From: Candidatus Zixiibacteriota bacterium
GTDB lineage: Bacteria > Zixibacteria > MSB-5A5 > GN15 > JAAZOE01
Direction of reading: 5' to 3'
Length of the DNA: 64,000 nucleotides
Assembly (NCBI GenBank): GCA_036480375.1
Contig: JAZGGI010000016.1
Coordinates: forward strand, 32,682-96,681
Positions 56,738 to 64,000 of the stretch are shown piece by piece (position 1 is the first letter of the stretch; the number at the start of each line of letters is the position of its first letter). The notes beneath the pieces are model-generated. The model made no database searches and was not told the origin of the DNA. It worked only from the letters and a program-made list of their open reading frames with translations. The position numbers were made by a program, and so were the translations under genes.

Positions 56738-59700
56738 ATGAACAAAAGGTATGGGGCTTTTGTTGTCGCGGTTTTCTTTGTTCTGTCCTTGTTGTATGCC
56801 GGGACAGGGCAGGAGGCAGGCGCTGACACAAAAGATCAGGAAACTCAGTCCGCGTGCATTTGGAATGTTGGTGATGATCATAAAATGCATCACCCTCAAT
56901 TGCCAAACGATACCGGATGGGCGGTAAACGCGACTATACCGGCTATTGTAGCCGATGATTTTCTGTGCACAGAATCCGGACAAATTTTAGATTTTCATTT
57001 TTGGGGTGCCTGGAGGCAAGGTGTCGAGGGTATAGTAGATTCATTTACCCTTAGTTTACACTCTGATATTCCGGCCGATCCTCCGTTGCTCCCTTACAGC
57101 CGACCGGGGCAGACGCTTTGGGAATATACAGCCAAAAATTATACGGCGATACCAATTGATCCTCCTTCCAGTGAAGGCTGGTATGACCCGATTAATGGCG
57201 AAGTAATTTTTGATGATCATGTTCCCTTTTTCCAGTACAATATCTGTCTTGATCCAAGTGATCCAGGTGTTGTTATTCCGACCCAAGAGGCGGGTAGGAT
57301 ATACTGGCTGAATATTTCAGCCCATGTTGCTGATACCGATACTAAATGGGGATGGAAATCGACTCAGGATCATTGGAACGACGACTGCGTTTGGGCCGTT
57401 TGGGGAGATTTGACATGGCATGAAATTTTGGAGCCATACGAATCGATAACTAACAATTATTGGTTAACCCTGTTCCCCGGACCACCCGGAGCTAATTTTG
57501 GTGGCGGCGGCGGGGGCGGCGATACGGACCCATATCATGATCCGGCGAGCGGCGGTCCATGGTATTATTATCCGGAGACCAACTGGTGGAATATCTGGTT
57601 CTATGATCATCTCTTTGATGATGAACGATTTAAGGTTATTCACATTGAGATTGATATTGATAAATATGACCGGAATCCGCAAATTCTGAGCTTTATAACT
57701 CTTGCTGTTAACTGGTCAACCGATTTATGGTCTATAGAAGGCAATCCGCCCGGACAACCCCGTGTCCCGCCACTTCCTGGCGTTAATGAGCAAGCTTATA
57801 TTGGGCGCGATACTCTTTTAAACATAGAAATCATGGGGCCGGGGCATTACATTTTTGATTACGTTATCTATGATTATAATCCTGAATGGGTTTCGATTGA
57901 TGTTCAGGGTGAAAATTTCATAATCCTCGAATCATCATTTATAGAACATGCCTGCGTGATGTCGATGGATCAGGCTTTTGTGATTACTAATCAGGGCGAT
58001 ACTCCTACCCAGGAGGCTTGTTGTTGGTCGGATGGTACCTGCAGTATGGAAGATCCGGTACTTTGCGCCAGTCAGGGTGGTTCGCCTCAAGGTCGGGGAA
58101 CAACTTGTACAGGCTTGGCCGCATGTTGTTTGCCCGATGGCCGTTGTGTGACGATAGATCCGCTTTGTTGTGTTGACCAAGGTGGAACTGTTCAGGCGGG
58201 TGCGACTTGTTCGACGCCGGAAGCGTGTTGTTTCGCTGATGGCACCTGTAAGATGCTGGATCCGTTGTGTTGTATGGATCAGGGCGGAAGTCCGCAAGGC
58301 CCGGGATCGCAATGTTCGGCTATTCAAGCTTGTTGTCTACCTGACAACAGTTGCATGATGCTGGATCCGCTGTGCTGTATGAATTTGGGTGGAACGCCAC
58401 AGGGTGCGGGGTCGCAATGTTCGGCTCCGCAAGCATGCTGTTTAGCCTCCGGCGCCTGTCTTGATATTGATCCGCTGTGCTGTATAGCGATAAGCGGTGA
58501 TCCGCAGGGAGCGGGAATTGTTTGCGATGCTGATGGTGATGGCGTAGACGAAGCTTGCGACGAACCAGAACCGGATACCTGTGAATATTATAAACCGCCA
58601 TACGAAGATTATGCACCGGCAGGTGTACCTGATTTTGATCAGAAACGACCTAACTGGGCCGATAATTCCGGTATCTTGACTTATTGTGGCCCGGTAGCGC
58701 TGGCCAATTGTATGTGGTGGTTTGACAGCAAGTTTGAAACTTGCACGACGCCGCCACCGACTATATGCGATAATTATCCGTTAGTCACAGCCTATAACTC
58801 ATCCTGGGATGATCATGATGCCCAGAATGTACCGCCATTAGTTGATTCCCTGGCGATATATTGTAATACAAATCCGGGCGGAATGGGCGGTACAAATATT
58901 AATGATATGTATGATGGGGCCAAGCAATGGCTAATTAAAGCGGGACTACAGGATCACTATACGGTAACCTTAGTGCCCATCGTACAGCCGGGATCTAATG
59001 GCTTTGAGTATATTCGAGAGCAGGTGTTAATCAGTCAGAATGTGATTCTGCTGTTAGGTTTCTGGCAGGAGGTTACTCCGGGATATTGTGAGTGGATTGG
59101 TGGACATTTTGTAACGGTTGCGGGAACGTGTACTGATCTGGTAGATTCCGCACTGTGCATATCGGATCCGTATTATGATGTTAATGGAGGCGGTCCTCCG
59201 GCGCCGCATGGCGCTGCGGTACACGATGACGCTCAATTTGTGTCGGGGCCGCATGGATCCATGCATCATGACCGCTACCAGGTTGTACCGGCTTTTTGTA
59301 ATGTGAATTCCCCGCCGTTCTTTGATTGTGAGCTGGTTAATTACCCGGTTAGCACCGGCAACGCCGGTATCTTCTATGGACAGAACTCGCACGATCCGAG
59401 CATAGATCCGATAACTCCTCAGCCAGGTATTACGGTTCATACGATTATTGAGTATGCTTTGGTAATTTGTCCAGTCGAGGAAGTAGATGAAGCGTGTTGT
59501 CTGGAGGATGGATCGTGTACTGATATGCTGCCTAGCGATTGTATCGCCCAAGGCGGCGTGCCTCAGGGGCCGGGTACGGTTTGTACCGCTCCGGAAGCAT
59601 GTTGTTTCGATGACGGCAGTTGTATAACAATGGATCCATTGTGCTGCATCGTTAGCAGCGGCAATCCGCAGGGTCCGGGCACGCAGTGCGATGCAACCGG

Positions 59701-61867
59701 AGCCACTCAGGCTTGTTGTCTGCCCGATGGCAATTGCGTGATGCTTGATCCGGTTTGCTGTCTCGCTGCCAGTGGAACACCTCAGGGTATTGGGACGAGT
59801 TGTTCGAATACAATGGCGTGTTGCTTGCCGGATAATACCTGTATCCAAGTAGATCCGCTGTGTTGTGACGATATGGGCGGAACTTTATCGCCGTGGGGTT
59901 CGGAGTTCTGTGGGGAAGACGCCGACGCCAATGGTATTGACGATGCCTGTGAAACGCCGCAAAATGATGAAGCGTGCTGTCTGCCGGATGGAAGTTGCGT
60001 AATGCTTCTACCGAGTGAGTGTATAGCGCAAAGTGGATCACCGCAGGGAACGGGCACGAGTTGTTCGGTCAATACGATTGCTTGCTGTTTACCGGATAAT
60101 ACTTGCGTGACCGTGGATCCGCTATGCTGTGATGATATGGGCGGAACGCCTTCACCGTGGGGCGCGGCGACCTGTCAGGGTGATGATAATCAAAATGGAA
60201 CTGATGATGCCTGTGAAACGTCGCAGCAGCATATGGGCGCTTGCTGTTTGCCAGATAATACCTGTGTTGATCATATAACACCAAGTGACTGTAACGCTCA
60301 ATTGGGAATTTACATGGGTGATGGCACATTCTGTCTTGGTGATAATAATAACGACGGCACCGATGACCTGTGTGAAGACCCGTGGGATCCCGATACGGGC
60401 AGTGATATTAAGATGCTCAATCCGCAATTCCCGGACGAGACCGGATGGGATGTGAATGCTTCCTGGCCGATGACTCTGGCTGATGACTGGCGGTGTATCG
60501 AATCCGGTGCAGTTAAGGATTTGCATTTCTGGGGTTCGTGGCTTGACGGAAACGAAGGCAAGATCATTGCCTTTATCTTTAGCATCCATGCCGATGTACC
60601 GGCGGGAGCGGGTCAGCTTCCTTATAGCCACCCCGGTGATTTGTTATGGGAGTATCGAACCAACCTGTTTAAGGCGACCAAGATAATGGCGGCGACGGAA
60701 GAAGGGTATTACGATCCGCTGAGCGGTTTGATATTGCCTTTGAATCACCAGGAGTACTTCCAGTATGACGTCAATATTCCTGAAGACTTGTGGTTTATGC
60801 AGGAAGAAGGCATGATTTACTGGCTCAATATTTCGGCAATCCTGGACGACGAATCAACCGAATTCACTCAATGGGGATGGAAATCATCGAAAAACCACTG
60901 GAATGATGACGCTGTCTGGGGTCTTGATGAGGAACCTCCTTGTCTGACACCGACTACGGAATTGCCGACACTCTGTCCTTACGAACCGCCAAACGATGAG
61001 CCGTTAAGAATTACCGAAGGATTACCTCCGGAGTCATCGCTTGAAGGAACTTTCTGGATAGACTCTTTCTTTGACGTATTCACTGAACTGGGTGGCAGCC
61101 TTGGGGGTGAGATCATTACCTGCCAGGCGAATTTGAATTGGCACTGCGTCGGTACGGGGGCTCTTGGAGGATTTGAACGGATGATTTTGATTCCGATTCA
61201 TCTTGAGATTCATACCGGACCGCGGGTTCCACCAGCACCTGTTAATGGCGTTCCGACGGAAATAGTCGAGATGTCGCTTGTCAGTATGTCGGGCGAAACC
61301 ACCGATGCTGATTTCTGTCCTCTAAGGATTGTAGCAGGCGTAGCTGAGACCGGAATACCGAGTCCGGGTATGACAACCCTTACTCCAAGCGAGGGCGGCC
61401 AGTGGAATGTAGATAGCTTCTTCGATATCACTTATCAGATTGAATTCACTGGCTGTCCTGGATCGCGTATCGGTGATTTGAGTGGAACAACCCTTGGTGA
61501 AATTCCCTGGGGTGAAGGTAACAGCGATGTGCCTGGTTGGACTGATCTTTTTGAACCGCCCAACTTTGAACAGTCACTTGATCTGGCGTTTATTATAACC
61601 GGCGGCGGAGTTTGTGATTGCATCGTAGGTGATGCCAACGGGGACGGCAGCGTTAACGTCGGCGATGCGGTTTATATAATCGCCCATGTATTCAAGGGCG
61701 GTCCCCCCGCTACTCCGTATCGGATTTGCAGTGGTGATGCCAATTGCGATTGTCAGACCAATGTCGGTGATGCGGTTTATTTAATTTCGCATGTATTTAA
61801 GGGCGGCCCGCCGCCATGCGATTGCCTGACATGGCTCTCGCTCTGCGGTTCGCCGTTGCGTAAATAG
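56738..61867 (+). CDS. giant secreted multidomain protein: duplicated N-module, 12 Cys-rich ~35-aa repeats, papain/C39-like Cys-His core, C-terminal dockerin
   Basis: AGGAG RBS and signal peptide. Module A (56855-57405) is repeated at 60404-60925. ACCxPDGxC...GGxPQGxGTxC repeats lie at ~58010-58580 and ~59488-60385. YCGPVALANCMWWF (Cys at 58685-58687), GGHFVTVAG (His at 59105-59107) and ISDPYYD. Dockerin at 61613-61864. Confidence 0.85.
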   Translation: MNKRYGAFVVAVFFVLSLLYAGTGQEAGADTKDQETQSACIWNVGDDHKMHHPQLPNDTGWAVNATIPAIVADDFLCTESGQILDFHFWGAWRQGVEGIVDSFTLSLHSDIPADPPLLPYSRPGQTLWEYTAKNYTAIPIDPPSSEGWYDPINGEVIFDDHVPFFQYNICLDPSDPGVVIPTQEAGRIYWLNISAHVADTDTKWGWKSTQDHWNDDCVWAVWGDLTWHEILEPYESITNNYWLTLFPGPPGANFGGGGGGGDTDPYHDPASGGPWYYYPETNWWNIWFYDHLFDDERFKVIHIEIDIDKYDRNPQILSFITLAVNWSTDLWSIEGNPPGQPRVPPLPGVNEQAYIGRDTLLNIEIMGPGHYIFDYVIYDYNPEWVSIDVQGENFIILESSFIEHACVMSMDQAFVITNQGDTPTQEACCWSDGTCSMEDPVLCASQGGSPQGRGTTCTGLAACCLPDGRCVTIDPLCCVDQGGTVQAGATCSTPEACCFADGTCKMLDPLCCMDQGGSPQGPGSQCSAIQACCLPDNSCMMLDPLCCMNLGGTPQGAGSQCSAPQACCLASGACLDIDPLCCIAISGDPQGAGIVCDADGDGVDEACDEPEPDTCEYYKPPYEDYAPAGVPDFDQKRPNWADNSGILTYCGPVALANCMWWFDSKFETCTTPPPTICDNYPLVTAYNSSWDDHDAQNVPPLVDSLAIYCNTNPGGMGGTNINDMYDGAKQWLIKAGLQDHYTVTLVPIVQPGSNGFEYIREQVLISQNVILLLGFWQEVTPGYCEWIGGHFVTVAGTCTDLVDSALCISDPYYDVNGGGPPAPHGAAVHDDAQFVSGPHGSMHHDRYQVVPAFCNVNSPPFFDCELVNYPVSTGNAGIFYGQNSHDPSIDPITPQPGITVHTIIEYALVICPVEEVDEACCLEDGSCTDMLPSDCIAQGGVPQGPGTVCTAPEACCFDDGSCITMDPLCCIVSSGNPQGPGTQCDATGATQACCLPDGNCVMLDPVCCLAASGTPQGIGTSCSNTMACCLPDNTCIQVDPLCCDDMGGTLSPWGSEFCGEDADANGIDDACETPQNDEACCLPDGSCVMLLPSECIAQSGSPQGTGTSCSVNTIACCLPDNTCVTVDPLCCDDMGGTPSPWGAATCQGDDNQNGTDDACETSQQHMGACCLPDNTCVDHITPSDCNAQLGIYMGDGTFCLGDNNNDGTDDLCEDPWDPDTGSDIKMLNPQFPDETGWDVNASWPMTLADDWRCIESGAVKDLHFWGSWLDGNEGKIIAFIFSIHADVPAGAGQLPYSHPGDLLWEYRTNLFKATKIMAATEEGYYDPLSGLILPLNHQEYFQYDVNIPEDLWFMQEEGMIYWLNISAILDDESTEFTQWGWKSSKNHWNDDAVWGLDEEPPCLTPTTELPTLCPYEPPNDEPLRITEGLPPESSLEGTFWIDSFFDVFTELGGSLGGEIITCQANLNWHCVGTGALGGFERMILIPIHLEIHTGPRVPPAPVNGVPTEIVEMSLVSMSGETTDADFCPLRIVAGVAETGIPSPGMTTLTPSEGGQWNVDSFFDITYQIEFTGCPGSRIGDLSGTTLGEIPWGEGNSDVPGWTDLFEPPNFEQSLDLAFIITGGGVCDCIVGDANGDGSVNVGDAVYIIAHVFKGGPPATPYRICSGDANCDCQTNVGDAVYLISHVFKGGPPPCDCLTWLSLCGSPLRK

Positions 61868-61896
61868 TCTTTATTGTCAGACTCTTTTCTGACGAG

Positions 61897-61930
61897 CCTG
61901 CCCGGTATTTTTTGCCGGGCAGGTTTTATT
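61897..61930 (+). terminator. intrinsic terminator after the giant gene
   Basis: CCTGCCCGG tatttttt CCGGGCAGG followed by TTTTATTT. Confidence 0.8.
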
Positions 61931-61959
61931 TATGCGATTATTCAAATCGGGAAATTTCA

Positions 61960-61987
61960 TTGACAAATTCATCAAACCAATTATATT
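61960..61987 (+). promoter_or_regulatory. sigma70-type promoter of the 62118 gene
   Basis: TTGACA (61960-61965), 16-nt spacer, TATATT (61982-61987). Confidence 0.45.
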
Positions 61988-62117
61988 GTAAGCAGATACA
62001 CTTCTTTGCGCTGACGATGGGTTGGGGTAATTCCACAGGTCGGGGCGCGTTTCAAATATACCGCTCTTGTCGGGATTATTCATTAAAATAAAAAAATAGC
62101 TTACTCGGGGAGGACAT

Positions 62118-62954
62118 ATGAAAAGCATTCATTTTTTCGTAATTGTCTGCCTTTCGGGCATATTGTTTTTTGGAGTAACCGGAGTTTATGCTCAAGCGAC
62201 GGGCGCATGCTGTTTCTTAGATGGTAGTTGTCTTGATAATGTAACGTCTGCAGTTTGTCGGTCACAGGGCGGTACTTATCAAGGTGATGGCACCGATTGT
62301 GCATCGATAACCTGCACTGTACCTACTGGGGCCTGCTGTCTCCCGGGCGATAATTGCATTGATAATGTTACGGCTACGGAGTGCCAATCACAGGGCGGCA
62401 CTTATCAGGGTGATGATACCGAGTGTGTGTCGATTACTTGTACTGTACCTACCGGGGCCTGCTGTTTGCCTAACGGAAATTGCATAAATAATGTTACCCA
62501 GGCTGAGTGTCAGTCACAGGGCGGTTCTTATATGAGTGATGATACTGATTGCGCCACTGTTTTCTGCAGTGTACAGATCGGGGCTTGTTGTTTACCGGAT
62601 GGTAGTTGCCTTGATAATGTAACGGCTACGGAGTGCCAATCACAGGGCGGCACTTACCAGGGCAATAGTACCAATTGTGTAACAACAGCGTGCGGGGATT
62701 GTGATTGTGTGGTAGGCGATGCCAATGGTGATGGAAGCGTGAACGTCGGCGATGCGGTTTATATAATCGCGCATGTATTCAAGGGCGGTCCCCCCGCTAC
62801 TCCGTATCAGATTTGCAGCGGTGATGCCAATTGCGATTGTCAGACCAATGTCGGTGATGCGGTTTATTTAATTTCGCATGTATTTAAGGGCGGCCCGCCG
62901 CCATGCGATTGCCAGACCTGGCTTTCGATTTGTGGTTCGCCTCTACATAAATAA
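62118..62954 (+). CDS. secreted protein: four tandem 42-aa Cys-rich repeats plus C-terminal dockerin
   Basis: GGGGAGG RBS and signal peptide ending VYA. Repeats GACC(L/F)xxxxC(L/I)(D/N)NVTxxxCxSQGGxYxxxxTxCxxxxCxVxx at 62202-62705. Dockerin at 62700-62951, near-identical in DNA to 61613-61864. Confidence 0.85.
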   Translation: MKSIHFFVIVCLSGILFFGVTGVYAQATGACCFLDGSCLDNVTSAVCRSQGGTYQGDGTDCASITCTVPTGACCLPGDNCIDNVTATECQSQGGTYQGDDTECVSITCTVPTGACCLPNGNCINNVTQAECQSQGGSYMSDDTDCATVFCSVQIGACCLPDGSCLDNVTATECQSQGGTYQGNSTNCVTTACGDCDCVVGDANGDGSVNVGDAVYIIAHVFKGGPPATPYQICSGDANCDCQTNVGDAVYLISHVFKGGPPPCDCQTWLSICGSPLHK

Positions 62955-62983
62955 AATCTGGAGTAAGATATTTATTTGACAAA

Positions 62984-63017
62984 CCTGTCCGGTTAATTTG
63001 CCGGGCAGGTTTTTTTT
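62984..63017 (+). terminator. intrinsic terminator after the 62118-62954 gene
   Basis: CCTGTCCGG ttaatttg CCGGGCAGG followed by T8. Paralogous to the terminator at 61897-61930. Confidence 0.8.
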
Positions 63018-63107
63018 ATTTATTTCAAAAAATATCTTGTCAAATTTCGTCAAATTATTAGATTTGGCCTTGTAGATATGACCAACTATTTTGGAGGAGA
63101 TAGAACT

Positions 63108-63299
63108 ATGGCTATGAAAATCACCGACGAATGCACCGCCTGTGATCTCTGCGTGGCGGAATGTCCGACGACCTCAATCACTGAAGGGGATGATATTTAT
63201 ATTATCGATCCTGAGACGTGTAACGAGTGCGAGGATCAGGAAGACGGACCTCAATGCGTGGCGGTTTGTCCTGTCGAATGTATAGAGAAGGCCAAGTAA
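63108..63299 (+). CDS. YfhL-like 2x[4Fe-4S] ferredoxin
   Basis: Start at the ATG at 63108, after GGAGGAG. Motifs CTACDLCVAECP and CNECEDQEDGPQCVAVCP. Confidence 0.8.
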   Translation: MAMKITDECTACDLCVAECPTTSITEGDDIYIIDPETCNECEDQEDGPQCVAVCPVECIEKAK

Positions 63300-63316
63300 G
63301 TTTGTTAACCGGAAAC

Positions 63317-63348
63317 ACCGCCTGCCTACTCGGCCGGCGGTTTTTTTT
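63317..63348 (+). terminator. intrinsic terminator after the ferredoxin gene
   Basis: ACCGCC...GGCGGT stem followed by T8. Confidence 0.6.
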
Positions 63349-63780
63349 ATGCGCAAATTTGAAATAAATGACAGTTTATCGGTAACCGATATCGGGATCG
63401 ATATTTCAGGTGATTCTCTGGAGGAACTTTATATTGCCGGCGCCGAGGGAATGTTCAATATTATACTTGAAAATCCCGGTTGGCAGAAAGAAATGGCCCG
63501 AGAAATAGAATTGTCCAGCGGGACGGCAGATGAGCTTTTAATAGACTGGCTTTCGGAGTTGCTGTATTCTTTTGACGCTGAAGGATTAATAGCTACGGAT
63601 TTTGAATTGTCAATCGCGGAAAAAACGGAGGAACTCTGTTTGTCCGCCAAGGTCCACTTCAGGAAGTTTGACTCGAACATTGATGTCGCGAAAAATGAAA
63701 TTAAGGCCGTAACATATTACAGAGTGAATATAAAGCGAGAAGGAAATATTTATTCAACCCCGGTTATTTTTGACTTATGA
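63349..63780 (+). CDS. archease
   Basis: [28 protein letters not shown] and [12 protein letters not shown] motifs. ATGA overlap with the downstream rtcB. Confidence 0.8.
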   Translation: MRKFEINDSLSVTDIGIDISGDSLEELYIAGAEGMFNIILENPGWQKEMAREIELSSGTADELLIDWLSELLYSFDAEGLIATDFELSIAEKTEELCLSAKVHFRKFDSNIDVAKNEIKAVTYYRVNIKREGNIYSTPVIFDL

Positions 63781-64000
63781 CTAAACTGGAGAAAATATCT
63801 GAAAACATCTGGGAAGTACCCGCTTCGGCTCGCCTGGAAATGAACGTGCCGGCGCGAATATTGTCGTCGGAAAAGCTGATTGGCGGGATTGATGAAAAAG
63901 TAATTGGGCAGATTACGAATGTCGCCTGCCTGCCGGGTATATATAAATACGCTATTTGCATGCCGGACGCTCATCTCGGTTATGGATTTCCGATAGGGGG
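63777..64000 (+). CDS. rtcB: RNA-splicing ligase RtcB (5' part; runs off the window)
   Basis: Translates to [34 protein letters not shown]...[25 protein letters not shown], which contains the RtcB PDxHxGyGxPIG metal-site motif. Confidence 0.85.
   Translation, partial: MTKLEKISENIWEVPASARLEMNVPARILSSEKLIGGIDEKVIGQITNVACLPGIYKYAICMPDAHLGYGFPIG

Noticed and set aside
59054-59848. 264-aa antisense ORF inside the giant gene, plus other long ORFs at 57935-58327, 59652-60041 and 60152-60631.
   Set aside because: They lie opposite a strongly supported, repeat-rich coding frame and have Arg/Thr/Ser-biased low-complexity composition. They have no RBS and are typical shadow ORFs.
62202-62705. NVT tripeptides in each repeat read as N-glycosylation sequons.
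   Set aside because: The bacterial PglB sequon needs D/E at position -2. Here -2 is L, I or I (with D or N at -1), and no pgl genes are present. Kept only as a note inside the repeat finding.
61613-63017. Template/variable repeat pair of a diversity-generating retroelement.
   Set aside because: Mismatches between the copies involve all base types rather than being confined to adenines. The most conserved part is the functional dockerin core. No reverse transcriptase gene is in the window.

Overview
This 64-kb window reads as chromosomal DNA from an uncultivated diderm (Gram-negative-type) bacterium. It carries MlaEFD, a beta-barrel OMP, an LpoB/YcfM-type lipoprotein and a Por/T9SS-type C-terminal sorting domain. 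Promoters look like canonical TTGACA-17-TATAAT and RBSs are GGAGG-like. I can support about 55 protein genes, 2 tRNAs (Cys-GCA, Gly-GCC), several intrinsic terminators and promoters, a Fur box, one IS4-family transposase relic and several repeat families. Housekeeping blocks are: mlaEFD; fur-feoA-feoB plus a 57-aa FeoB-associated Cys-rich gene absent from the ORF track; a glycogen block (large GH13-family protein, GlgA, GalT-like HIT enzyme, atypical nucleotidyltransferase-like protein); queT; and ferredoxin-archease-rtcB. The window is rich in peptide catabolism genes (OPT transporter; M14, M28, M19, M3B and M24 peptidases). The most unusual content is six secreted proteins carrying a highly homogenised dockerin module (NVGDAVYIINHVFKGGP). 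They are an M14 and an M28 peptidase, two proteins sharing an unrecognised Cys-containing C-terminal domain, a 278-aa repeat protein, and a 1709-aa protein with 12 Cys-rich repeats around a papain/C39-like Cys-His core. One cohesin-like protein with a T9SS sorting domain is also present, which suggests a non-cellulosomal cohesin-dockerin surface-display system. All family calls come from motif recognition by eye; no database search or structure prediction was possible.
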